Shown in pieces: positions 52,431 through 64,000 of a stretch of 64,000 nucleotides of DNA. The number at the start of each line of letters is the position of its first letter. Within the stretch, counting starts at the first letter, position 1. The notes under the pieces are model-generated. The model was given only the letters and a program-made list of their open reading frames with translations, was not told the DNA's origin and did not search any database. The stretch comes from Lama glama (taxonomy: Eukaryota): assembly GCA_028534125.1 (NCBI GenBank), contig CM052832.1:11100001-11164000 (forward strand), given 5' to 3'. A program made the position numbers and the translations under genes.

Positions 52431-55299
52431 TCCCCACAGAGCAGGGCCTTCACCCTGCTCCGGGGGAGCGCTGCATACTTGCCCTTTTAAGGGCGGCCTG
52501 CTTGACAGCTCCTGAGTAAGTTTATGCTCCTGAGGATGCCCTCCTCCCCAGGAACCCCTCTTTAAGTCTGTTCCTTGCGCGCCTCCTTGGGGCCCCATCT
52601 GAACATCCAAGACTAAAAGCACAGGCCCTCAGCTGGAAAGCATCTAGCCTCACAGTAGAGATCAGAGAACATAGGTCCAAGGAGAAAATGTCTTATCTGA
52701 GGTCACACGGCTCTGGGGACAGAGCTGGGACTGAACCCCAGGATTCTAGTGTTCAGGCTGTGGTCTGGTCACCACCTCACCAGAGCTCATCTTCCAACGT
52801 CAACACCCCTTTTCCCCACCTTGCCCCAGCCCCCTAGTAGCCTTCTTCCATTGGAGAAGACCAGACTTCACAGCTCAGTTTAGAACTAGGTCCAGGTTCC
52901 AAGCTCCCCTCTAGACGGGTAGAGGGTTATAGAGGTTCCAAAGGCTGTCTGCTTCTCCTCCATCAGGAGGAACTGCCTCCATCTCCCACCACCCCAATTT
53001 CTCACCCATCCATGCTTGAACCCTTCCTTCACTCCAGCAGAGTCTTTGAAGTCGAAGGGACTGGGATCTGACTCCTGGCTTTGCCTTCCCCTCTGGGTGA
53101 CCCTGAGCATGAGGTCTTAACCACTGAGAACCTCAGGTTCCTCACTCGTGATGCCAAGGTCATAACGGCTTATGTCATTTAGCATCTTCAGAGGGCTTCC
53201 GTGACCAGAATAAATGACATTTGGAGGCAAAATGCCGGGAGTGCCCCAGGCACTCACTAAAGAAGGCCAGCACTGCTGCTGAGGCTTCACTATCATGATC
53301 ACCAGCAAAGTGAGACTTGCCCTGCCCAGAGCCTGCAACCATGAGCCAGCCTGTCTCCAGGTACAGATGGGGCCAGCAACGCCTGGAGTTGTAGGAACCT
53401 GTCCAGCCAGATTTAAGAAGCCACCCATCTTTGCCATCAGTAACTGAGAAATCTGGACCAGAGGAGCTTTTCCTTAGGCTCTGAGCTACCTCTAGTTGGA
53501 AAGGTGAACCCTTGTCACTGACTGTGGGTAGGGACTGGAGAGGTGGAGGTGGCCAGAACGATTCACTTCTGCAAAATTCCTTTACAAAGAGGAACAATGG
53601 AGGTTCCCCTGTCAGAAGAGAACTGAGAAGCAATAAGGACAGAACAAAACCCAGAGGACTTGAACTTGGGCCTGAGAAATGTAACCTGACCCCTCCCCAC
53701 CCCCTATCATTTTCTCCCTGGAAACTCCCCCAATACCAACAGCTCCATGCCCTCCATTTCCTGTCTCCCTGCCCCCACCCCTTCTCGCTGTGGGGACAAT
53801 GTCTTCCAGGACTGTCGGTCCCTAAACACAGACTAACTGGCCCACGACACCAAACCATCAGGTCAGCATCAAATAGCCCTCCTGTAACTCTCTCGGGGTC
53901 TCCTCCAGTCCCCTGGCTCTGGCCAGACTTTACCTCCTCACCGTGGCATCCTTCCACATCGTGGAGAAAACAGGTCTCTCCAACTCAGGAGGCCCGGGAT
54001 AGTCACGAGGCAGCTTGTGGGTCTGGGGCCACAAGGCCATCCTCTCCGGGCCTCACTTTCCCCTCTGTGCTACGTCAGGGTTCGACTGAAGACCTCCAAG
54101 GGCCCCACCATCCGTCCGCGTTGCCTGCTCCATCTCCTTCCCGTAGACTTCCCCAGGGGCTCTCGTCAGCCGCCACTGAGTACTCCTCCCACATTCCACC
54201 CAAGCCAGGAAGTACTTCCCACTCTTGAGTTCAAAACTCCCATCTGGTCTGTAATAATGAAAATCCTAACCCTTAACCCCAAACCCTGGCCCCCATCTCC
54301 TCTACACACCTGTTTTCACATGAATTAGAACTTCAAAAGCCCCATATCATTAGTGCTAACTCCTAAGCCTTAAGTAAAAGCAGAATATTATCACCTGAGA
54401 CACTGGTGTTTGCCAGACACTGGGCTATATCTACATCTTATCACCATAACAACTCTGAGATGGATGGCAACATTTTAAAAAAAACTATTTAACTTATTTA
54501 AAAATAGTTAAAAATATTTAACTTATTAAAAAAAAAAACCCTGTGGTTCAGAGAAGTTAAGTAACTTGCCTAAAGACACACAGCTAGTGATGGCCTAGCT
54601 AGGATTTAAACACATGTTTGACTCTAAAGCTATAAACCACAAAGCTATAGGGCACATGTCCAAGGCATACCGGATCTGAGACCAGCTCAGAGCTTTCTCA
54701 AGTGTTCTTTACATCCAGACTCAATAATTCGTGATGGAGCACTTCCTATGACCTGAGCCAGGTGTTCTCATAGCTCTGCGAGCTCATTTCTGCATCACGG
54801 TGACCTTGTGAGGATAATTCCCCTTGCAGATGATGAGACTGAGGCTGAAGCAGCTGTTACATGTCTTGTCAACAACACCCAGCTAAGAGACACAGCTGGA
54901 ACCACAACTAAGTATCCTGACTCCACATTCAGTGCTCTCATCACAGAACCAAAGTTAACTCATCAACGCTTCCTGTAGCTCTTGAGACCAAGGCCATGAC
55001 TTTGGGACGTTCAAGTTGCCTTCTCCTATCCCCTTTCCTGAGCTCCATACGCGAGGGTTACAGGGCAAGGATGTATTATGTGCTACTGCATGTCTCCCTG
55101 GCCACTTTCCAAGTGCCAGCGAGGAGCCAGGCACTGTGCTGACAACTGTGTGCTTTATTTCATTTACTGTCCCCAACCCTCCAACAGCACGACTATCCCT
55201 TCTTACCGATGATGGCTTTCAGATGCCCCAAGGTCAGGCAACTTGCCCAACAACCACATCTTCTGGGTGAAGGGACTGTGTTTTGGGGACCATGATGTC

Positions 55300-55680
55300 A
55301 CCCTTGACCACACATGCTTTTAATTGGCTTCCAGTGTCCAGCACACTGGACACTGACCTGGGTGGTGGGGACATAGGAATAAACAAAGTATGGTCCCTTT
55401 CCTCCAGCAGGTTCCCTTCTAATGGGGGAGCCAGAGGAGTCAAGGCAGTGACAGTACAGAAAGGTGGGGTGAGAGGGACTGAGAAAGGGGACCTGGTCCA
55501 GCCTGGACGGGTGAAGAGGAAGTCAGGGAAGGCTTCCAGGAGAAGGTGACACTAAGCTAGTCTTGAAAGAGATGAGAGAATTAAGGAAGGGTGTAAGAGG
55601 TGGGGAAAGGCATTGCAGGCAAGGGGACAGAATTTGCAAAAGTACAGAAGGAAAAACAGCAGGGAATGCATGAGGCCAGG
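55300..55680 (-). mobile_element. L2 fragment
   Basis: Antisense L2 pattern TCAGGGAAGGCTTCC.GGAGAAGGTGACACTAAGCT.GTCTTGAA. Confidence 0.6.
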
Positions 55681-56227
55681 GTCCTGACCAGCGGCCTGTT
55701 AATCTGTGGCTAAACTAAGAGGCAAAAGGAATCGACAGGGTATCCAAGTATCTTGATCTGACGGCAGGGCCCAGGCCTCCTGGGGAGACGGCTTCTTTGC
55801 CCTCCTCTCCCCACCAGGTCCCCCGGGGGCCCTAATCTGGGAATGCAGCCCGGATCTCCTGCTTGAAACGTCAGGAATGTAAACAATGTCCTGTTCCCCA
55901 GGCAGGAGATTCCTCCTGCCTACATCCTGACCCTCACAGCCCCTGAGCGTCACCTGGGAAATGGCTCCAGGCCCAGCTGACCTACGACCTGACTCCCCAA
56001 GGAAGACCCTAGGCCTTTTCATCCCAGGCAACACTTCCAAACCTTCAGCCCCGCCATCTCCCCACTGCCCACCTACCCCAGGCCTGCTCCCACTTCAAGC
56101 CTCTGACCACCCCCACATGCTCCGTGGAGAGCAAATAGGCGTGGGGCCCCTCACAACGCTCTGCAGGCTGCTTTCACCCTGGAGCTGCCTGAATTGCCAA
56201 TATCCAGTTCTACCCCACAAACTTGCC

Positions 56228-56420
56228 TGGGTTCAGTTCCATTGCCATCAACTCTGTGTGACTTCAGACAAGTTACGCAGGCTTTCTGAGCCTGAGTTTT
56301 CTCATCTGTAAAATGAGGAGATAATAAAAGTACATACTTCACAGGGCTGTCATGAGGATTAAATGAGTTAATATTTGTAAAGTACCTCACACGGTGCCCA
56401 GTAATAAAGCACTATGACTA
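56228..56420 (+). mobile_element. MIR SINE (other MIR fragments near 8140, 8480, 23830, 34720, 40080, 42260, 54390, 62870)
   Basis: CTGAGCCTGAGTTTTCTCATCTGTAAAATGAGG...GAGGATTAAATGAGTTAATATTTGTAAAG core. Confidence 0.85.
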
Positions 56421-56522
56421 TCTATACAGATCAGCCACTGTTACAATTACGAAGAAACCTAAATATTGACTGTATGTATTACAGAAAGTTCTCTCTATGT
56501 GATTGACTCATACATATTATTA

Positions 56523-56695
56523 CAAGGGTTGGCAAATATCACAGGGTCAAACTCAGACTGCGTTTGTAACTAACGTCTGATTAGAACACAGCTACACCCA
56601 TTCACTGTCTCTGGCTGCTTCTCGCAACACAGAACCCGGCGGTCCACAAAGCCAAAAATATTTCCTGCCTGGCCATTTAGAGTTTGCTGATTGAT
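56523..56695. mobile_element. MER58A-like MITE
   Basis: AGGGTTGGCAAA...GAACACAGCTACACCCATTC...CACAAAGCCAAAAATATTT.CT.CCTGGCC. Confidence 0.7.
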
Positions 56696-56701
56696 GTTTT
56701 A

Positions 56702-56781
56702 TTAGGTTGAATCATATATAGCTGACAGTGTTCAATTATTTTTAACCTATAAAATTGTAAATTTCCTATGGTTCGACTTAG
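56702..56781. mobile_element. MADE2-like mariner MITE (80-bp palindromic)
   Basis: TA-TTAGGTTGAATCATAT...CTATGGTTCGACTTAG-TA inverted termini with TA flanks. Confidence 0.75.
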
Positions 56782-57639
56782 TATAGCATACTGGCTCATC
56801 GTGTGTCCTGTCTTACCCATGAAAACAGAGTTACAAGGATCATTTTTTGAGCATCTACCATGTTCAAAGCTTATCCTGAGCTTTCACCACACTCTTGCAG
56901 GGTAAATATGATCACTGCCTGCCCCTTCTTTACCGATGGGGAGATATGAGGCTCAGAAAGATGCAAAGTGTGAGCATAGGACTTAAACCAGGTCTCCAGG
57001 CTCCATATCAACCATCTACGTCTACGCACTGGGTGTAAGAAGTTGCTGGGAGTGAGATCTGTCTCTGATTAGGACAAAACATGGACAGCACGAAGCCCTC
57101 CTCTCTCCCCACTTCTCTGCGGGTCCTTCTCCCAGGCAGCACTCGGGCTATGTGGTCATTGGAGCCCAGGGCTGACTTCCCTGTCGGCCTCAGGACAGTA
57201 CTCAGAACAATCTGACTTGTATTGTGAGCCTCGGGCAGGGCTGGGGAGGGGGTGGGGAGCACTTTCAAAAATAAGCAAGCTCTCTTTCCAGGACTGAGGG
57301 AGCTATTTTTAGCAGCCGCCTAAATTATGGTTTCCCCCTCTGCTCTGGGAAAGGCAAGAAGCAAAAGTAAACTCTCTTGCAGCCCCAGAGTCCCCTCCGT
57401 GCAGGCTGCTGGGTGGGAGACTAAGAGAGCAGGGGGAGAAAGGGAAGGAGAGAAAGGAGCGTCTTGCTGGGAAAGTGAAACTGAGAAATTCCCCAAAATG
57501 ACTTGGGGGTGAGCGTGGAAGTTGTGGATTTTCCAGTTGGTTTTCACATTTTGAGAAATGATGAAGAGAATATAGGTTTCTTTGTCTCACCAGAACAGAA
57601 AACAAGCAGATACTAGCTCTCCAAAGCCTCGCTCAAGCA

Positions 57640-58200
57640 TGCGTTCACTCATTCATTCATCCACTCATGCATTCATTCATCCATTCACCCCCTGACTGTC
57701 ATGTAGAATGCAATTTTCTGGGTGCTTTAGATGAACCAGACATCAAATCCTCTCCTCACTGGGTTTATAGGGTTGCTGGGAGGCACATGTATCAACCACC
57801 AGGAAGCGAGGGAGGGAGGGAGGTGCAGCTCCAGGCCCTGGGACTGCAGGGAGGAAGGGTGGCTTCTGGCTAGGGTGATCTGGGACAGTCACCAGAGGAA
57901 GTGGCACGGAAGCTGGGTCTTGGAGGAGAGGTTGCCATGTGCCAGTGGGAGGGTCCAAGAAACCCATTCACAACAGAGACATGCCAGAGTGAGCACCTGG
58001 CATCAAGGTGAGGAAGGGGCTAAGGGAAGTTGTTTATGCCCAGGCTGGGATGCAGGGCACAAGGAGGTGCAGCAGGACACAAGATGGGGACCTGCTAGCC
58101 AGGCCCTGAATGGCAGGCCGAGGAGGCGGTGGCAGCAGCCCAAGGATGGGCCGTTGGGTGGTTTATTGGCTGATTAGTTGGTGGCTTATAGTAAAGGACA
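57640..58200 (-). mobile_element. L2 fragment(s)
   Basis: (CATT)n tail followed by antisense L2-like purine-rich body. Confidence 0.5.
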
Positions 58201-60489
58201 GAGTTTGCGACGTCTGATCCCAGCTGGGATTTGGACGGGCAATTAGGTTGGCACTGTATGGGGTGGATTTCAGGACAGATAGAAGGGGAGAGTCTGGAAG
58301 CAGCTCTGTCTGAGCAAGAGTTAATGAGGCCTTGAACTGCTGAGAAGAGAAGGGGACAGGGACAGATGCCGGGGATGTCACAGAGGGGTGTGCGTGCCCA
58401 CACGTGCGTGAGCGGATGGGGAGCTTTGGCAAGACGCGGCCTCGGCACGGAAAGCAAGGACTCAGGCAGAGCCTGAGAGGGAGCGGTGGGGGCTCTCTGG
58501 GCAACAGCTGTGAAGTCAAAGAGAAGAAGGAATTTTAACACCCAAGTCTCTGCCACCCATCAGAGCCAGAGGTCTGGGGCCCCTGGCCAAAGGGAAACCA
58601 CTCTGCCTGTGACAACCCCTCCTGCTTCCGGGAAGCCCCAACCCCAGGCCACACAGACAGGGCTGTCTTTACTGAGGGGATGCAGTAAAGACAGCACCCG
58701 CCTCTTCCTGGGCACTCCTGCCAGGTCTCCCACCAGAGCGCCCCAGCACGCTGAGAACTCACACCATTCTAGGCAGCCCTGGGCTGGGAGAAGCTCCCTG
58801 CTGACCATGCCTCCTGCAGTCCCAGGACAAAGGCATTCTGTCACTCATGAAGGTGGAACCTTGAGGTCCTGTCAAGGCAAGCAGGCCCTGGGACCCCACT
58901 GGACTTGGGCACCTGGTCACACACTAAATGCTGGGCTGAGTCTTCCCCAGAAACGGTGCCCTCCTTACAGCTCTGTTAGTCCCTCTAGGTGTCCAGCAAT
59001 CACACCAGAAAAGGCCCTGTGTGTGCCTCTGGGCCTGACTTGACATAAATCCTGGACTATAGCCACATTCCATCTCTCCAGGGTGGGCAGAGTGGGAGAG
59101 GACAGGGACTGGGGGAGGGGGGACAGTGGAATCCTGGAGAGCAAGTGATTGAAAAGGCTGACCCAGGGTGACCCTCACCTGCCCCTCACTCTTGTCCCTA
59201 CAATTCCATCTGTTCACTCATTCATTCTAACAAATATTTGTGAAGCCACTAAGTACCTGGCTAAGAGCTGGAAAAACACAACGGTAAACACGAGTTCAGT
59301 TTGGTGGGGAAGGAAGACAATTAAGCAGATAAACGTCATAAAGTGTGGATGTGGTTATGACAGGGGAAGTTCACATATCTAGGTCTGAGGAAGGCTTGCA
59401 GAACTCGATCCCAGTGGGGGTCCTGTGCTACCCTGAGCTCTCTGCTCACACAGAGGGCTTAGAGGGGGCAGCACATAACAGAATGAGCACTGGGAAATGA
59501 TCACAGGAGCTATCAAAGATTTGGGACCAGACAGCCCTCCCAGGGTTACTAATACTATAAAAGATGGAAAACAGCGAAAATATTAAAACATAAGGATTGG
59601 TTAGATGATAGATAGATAAACAGACATAGTGACCTATGTATACATACACACACACACACCATGAAGAAATTATCTTTGGGTGGCTGGAGTTTAAGGTTAT
59701 TTTAATTATCCTTTTCTGCATTTTTCCAAATTTTTTACAATCTGCATTTATTATTTTCAGCAGAAAAGATAATATCATTTTGAAAAGAAGATAAACCTGA
59801 GACTAAAAATGAGGAGACTCAGGACTAAGTCCCAACTCTGCCCCAGCAGGCCACCTGGGCAAGAGAGGAATGACCCTGGCTATTCCTAAGGCATTTCTTT
59901 GAGCCTTGTCTGTAAATGAGCAGGTCAAACCACACGCCCTCCAGAGTTGCCTCCACCCTAGACACCAGGCTCTGAGCCACAGAAAACACGAGGTGCTAAA
60001 TGATGCTGGTGGAACGGAATCATATCCCCTGAACTCCCATTAGTTCATCCGTCATTCAAGTGTTCGTTCATTCAACCTCCATTGTTTTCAGCACTCACTC
60101 TGCCTGGCGCTGCTCATGCTGCTGGGGATTTAAGGGCAAATTACATGGACGAGGCTCCTGTCCTCTTCCGTGGCTGTTTCTTCCCTCTCTAATGCCCCAT
60201 CCTGTTAATGCTTCTTGCTATGTTTTTTTCCAACACACTTCAGATGCAGGATCTCAAGCCGGGACCAGCGCTGACCTCTCCTGTTCCCCTCTCCCAGCAT
60301 TCTGCAAACAGCCCTTTGAACAACATTTCTAGGAGCACCTGATTCTGCATTCCTCAGTGTAGCACAGCACCTCAGGGTTCCTCATCCAAACAGAAAGCCA
60401 CCTGCTTTAATTTTTAGGTTTGGCCATTTGGTGGGGCTCCCAGATTCCATACCAGCCAAGCTTTGAAATCAGATCAACATCCTGTGAGC

Positions 60490-61160
60490 CAGTGAGGACA
60501 CAGGAGAACTGGACTCTCCTATACTGTTGGTGGGGGTGTGGGCGGCAAAATGGTGCAGCCATTAAACAAAACAGTTTGCCCGTTTCTTAAAAAGTTAAAC
60601 TTACACTTCCATGTGATCCAGTTATTCCTAGGTATTGACCCAAAACAGAAAGCATATGCCCATACCATGTCCTATTCATGAATGTTCAGAGAAGCTTTAT
60701 CTGTAACAGCTCCTAACTGGAAGCACCCGCAATATCCAACAGCAGGTGAATCAATAAACTGTGTTGTGTGTCACATAACAGAATATTATTCAGCAATAAA
60801 AAGGAATGAACTATTGATACATGCCACACATGGATGGAGCTCAAAATAATTATGCTAGGTGTAAGAAGCCAGAGGATAAAAGGTACACATCGTACGATTC
60901 CATTTATCTAAGATTTGAGAAGATGCAAACTAATCTATAGTGACTTAAACCAGGTGGGTTGCCTGTGGAGTGGGTGGAGGATGGGCAGGGAAGGGGTCAA
61001 TTATAAAGGGCACAGGAAACTTTTGGGGATGACGGTCAAGCAGGATCTTCATGGTGGTGATGAATTTACAGGTTTATACAGGCTAAAATGTATCAAGTGA
61101 TGCACTTTAACTATGTAAAGTATATGGTATGCCAATTATACCTCAAAAAAGCTGTTAAAA
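60490..61160 (+). mobile_element. L1M (MB/MC-like) 3' end
   Basis: AAAATGGTGCAGCC..AAAACAGTTTG, GAATATTATTCAGCAATAAAAAGGAATGAACTATTGATACATGC, AATTATACCTCAA. Confidence 0.85.
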
Positions 61161-62019
61161 ACCACCCACACGGGTCTAATCATAGCCTCATGATAGCAAA
61201 CCCCCAAGGGCCCTGGCCGCTGCGGCCGGCAGCCCTCTAGAATGCTGCTAGAATCAGCAGCTGCTCTACAGGTCCTAGGAAGGACCTCAGCACAGAGGTC
61301 GGGGGGAACAAGGAGTTCTCTCCAGGCCCAAGCCTCAGCTGGTCTGCTCCTGTCTTCCAGGAGGTAGGGTGCTTACTACAAAGCGCGTATGCTTTCATCC
61401 TACGCCTGTGGCAAAGTTACCTAGTACCTGTGAGCCTCACCTCCCTCCTGGGCACACAGATGGCAAAGCCCACCTCCCAGCGCTACTGTGAGCACCAAAC
61501 AAAGAGTACGGATCAAGCAGCCAGCACATCACAGGCCCTCCAACTGGGTTTCCTTCCCCTGTCCCAGCTCCAGGCTCCTCACAGTATGCCTAAGGTTCAG
61601 GGCTCAGCCTACAGAAGCACAAGAGAACCTGAGGGGCCTCCAGGAGCCGAGTGAGGAGGGACTAGGAGGCTACTGAAGCACAAATCTGGTTCCATCTGGA
61701 TGTCTCTGGAGGTAGGGCTGAATTGACAGCAGCCCCAGGCTTCTGGGTGGGTAAAAATCGGGTACTTTCAGCCTGGGTTGCTGTTCTGGAATTTGTTAGA
61801 AGCAGACGAGATGGCAAAGGGAACTGAGAATGGTGGCCATGACACGGAGTTTTTAGGACCAGATATTAGGAGGGGTGGGGGAAATACTCAACCCTTACGC
61901 ACGAGAAAAACAAGTACAGGAGATGCTCAGAAATGACTGAAGAAGAAAGGGAGGGAGGAAAGAAACGAATTCATGCTGGCATGTGAGAGGGTTTGATGCT
62001 ATGGTGCAAAGGTATATAC

Positions 62020-62165
62020 AGGGGGTGGTGTGTAGCATGGGTTTATAGTGTGATGTGCGTGGTGTGTGCTGATGGCTGTATGTGGTGTGGTATGGATGTG
62101 TAGGTGCTGTGTGTATGTACAGCATGTGTAGATGTGTGTTCATTCTCAGGAAACACACACACATG
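62020..62165 (+). repeat. Degenerate (GT)-rich low-complexity tract
   Basis: Imperfect GTGT/GTGG/ATGT repeats. Confidence 0.7.
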
Positions 62166-63272
62166 ATTCCACTGACTTCCAAGTCTCTGCAGAGAGAGGA
62201 CCCAGCGAGCTCCCAAAATATTTGAGCAGAGGAAACAGTAGTATCACTGATAACCAGCCCACGCTCAGTTGCTAAGGAGCTGCCCAGGCATGATACTCAG
62301 GAACTGCTACCACGGGGAAGGCCAGGTCTTAGCCTCAGTCTCCCGTGAACCACACTATGGCCTGAGAGCAGATCCCCGTCAAAAGATGCTCGGACCTGCC
62401 ATGGACTAGAGACAGGGTATTCACACTTAGCATCTCATCTAACCTCAAGACAACCCAGCAAGGCCAGTACTTTTGACTGATGAGGACTTTGAGATTCAAA
62501 ACAGGAGATGGCACACAAACTAGGGCTCTCTCCTGTAATACACCATCTATTCCAACCCAGTTTCAATTCAGTCCCAGAGCGTGTATGTATTCCTCTGGAG
62601 GGGGGTGTCCAGCAGATGTAACTGGGTTTCCCTTGGTGTTTGTTATAACGGGGTGTACACTCCCTCTGCCTCTGCTGTGTGAAATTTTGCTGTTATATTT
62701 TAGCCACTTCCCCAACAAGCCTGAGATGGGGGAAAAAACCAAATTGCTGACAATAACGTATCCCCCAAACAATTACATGCTCCACATGTTACAAGATAGG
62801 TATTCAGCACACTTTCAGAAAGAAGGATACTAACATTTCCTAAGAGCTAGGCTGGGCTCAAATTTTCACATTAATTATTTCACTTAATTATCCCAACATC
62901 TTGCAAAGATTGTATTATACAGTATGACCTGCATTTTCACATATAGGGAAATAAAAGCTTAGAAAAAGTAAGCAACTTGCCCAAGTTAGCAGAGTTCATA
63001 ACACATGTGAACCTCAGTCTAATTGATTCCAAAACTCAGTAGCCTTCCCACTTAACTGAGATGGCAGCATCCTGGTAAACAGTTGGCACCACCCAGAAGC
63101 CGGGCAGCCTCCTGTGGTGCCCCATCCCATCCCCATCACCCCATCCCAACTCTCAGGGAAGAACTCAGCACTAGTACAGAGAAGCCCTGTTCCCCAGCCA
63201 CAGACAGCAACCCGGCCCCATCATCTTACCGCACACACTGAGTCACAGAAAGGTCCAGGCTGTCCCATCTTC

Positions 63273-63433
63273 TGGGCCAGCCTCTTGGGTGTGCGAGCTG
63301 GGCACCCCCCGAAGGGCCCCCTGCTTGGTTTCAGGCTCTGCTGTCACTGTCTTGAAATCTTTAAAACTTTCTGAACAAGGAGCCTTGCATTTCCATGTTG
63401 CACTGGGCTCCGCAAATCACGCAGCTGGTCCTG
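63273..63433. mobile_element. MER45A-like hAT-Tip100 MITE
   Basis: GAAGGGCCCC..GCTTGGTTT..GCTCTGCTGTCACTGTCTTGAAAT...TGCACTGGGCTCCGCAAAT..GCAGCTGGTCCTG. Confidence 0.7.
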
Positions 63434-64000
63434 CCCATCTTCTACAGCAGCCAGCACACGCCGCCTTTCCCAGGAAGAGCAGCCCAGCCAGCCACTCCCT
63501 GTGTGTTTCCAAAAATGTTACCCACAGTCCCTGAATGGACAAGTTACTTTAATCTGGGGTGGCTTCCTGCCCAAACAGCCTTGATAGGCAACTCAGTAAC
63601 TGCTGGGCTGCTCTCCGCCCTGACCTCTCCTCCTCATCCCACCTTATCCCTCCACTGCAGGCTCCCTGCTCACTCTGCCCTAAACGCACCACTGCTCAAG
63701 GCATTAAAATTCCTAGAGGGCACGGACACTTCCGCTTTATCGCCAACTCCCCCTCATCCCCAGGCTCTTTCCGCACACACAGCAGGAACTTGATAGAGCG
63801 GATGGATTAAATACATTGCAGGGTGTTATTTCCTGAATTCTTGACCCTATCAGTTATAAGACCCACCATCAGTGTGATGACTTTACATTACTCAAACACA
63901 AAGGTTGTGTCCTTCTGTGATTGGATAAGTATTCAAAGCAAGAGAATGTGTTAGCTTTGAAATACAGTAAAAAAGTAAAAAAAAAATTTTGCTTGTTCTA

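Noticed and set aside
53175..54228. Overlapping 260-aa (minus) and 238-aa (plus) ORFs
   Set aside because: No recognisable domain, low-complexity composition typical of GC-rich intron, no supporting splice structure
49084..64000. DAAM2 promoter or non-coding first exon
   Set aside because: No CpG island or convincing exon; region looks like repeat-rich intron, so the start is probably outside the window

Overview
Mammalian genomic DNA, probably camelid (two Vic-1-like tRNA-derived SINEs; no ruminant, pig or primate SINEs seen), holding two convergent genes. Plus strand (1 to ~3850/5015): the 3' end of MOCS1, the molybdenum cofactor gene. It includes the end of exon 8, exon 9 with the MOCS1A C-terminal Gly-Gly-stop and two alternative donors 15 nt apart, and the terminal exon encoding the MoaC-like MOCS1B domain. 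Minus strand (49025 to 7126): the complete coding region of the formin DAAM2, rebuilt by hand as 24 GT-AG coding exons totalling 3207 nt (1068 aa). There is also a 27-nt in-frame microexon (ELITNPSQQ, 19454-19480) that the ORF track misses. The DAAM2 promoter/first exon was not identified and probably lies beyond the window. Introns carry ordinary old repeats (L1, L2, MIR, MER DNA transposons, a MER21-like LTR); repeat family names are from pattern recall and boundaries are approximate. I found no wholly new gene system. The best signals are RNA-level: MOCS1 stop-bypass splicing, the DAAM2 microexon with neural splicing motifs, probable overlapping 3'UTRs, a DAAM2 uORF, and an intronic in-frame ATG upstream of MOCS1B. 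Most other ORFs in the track are spurious.
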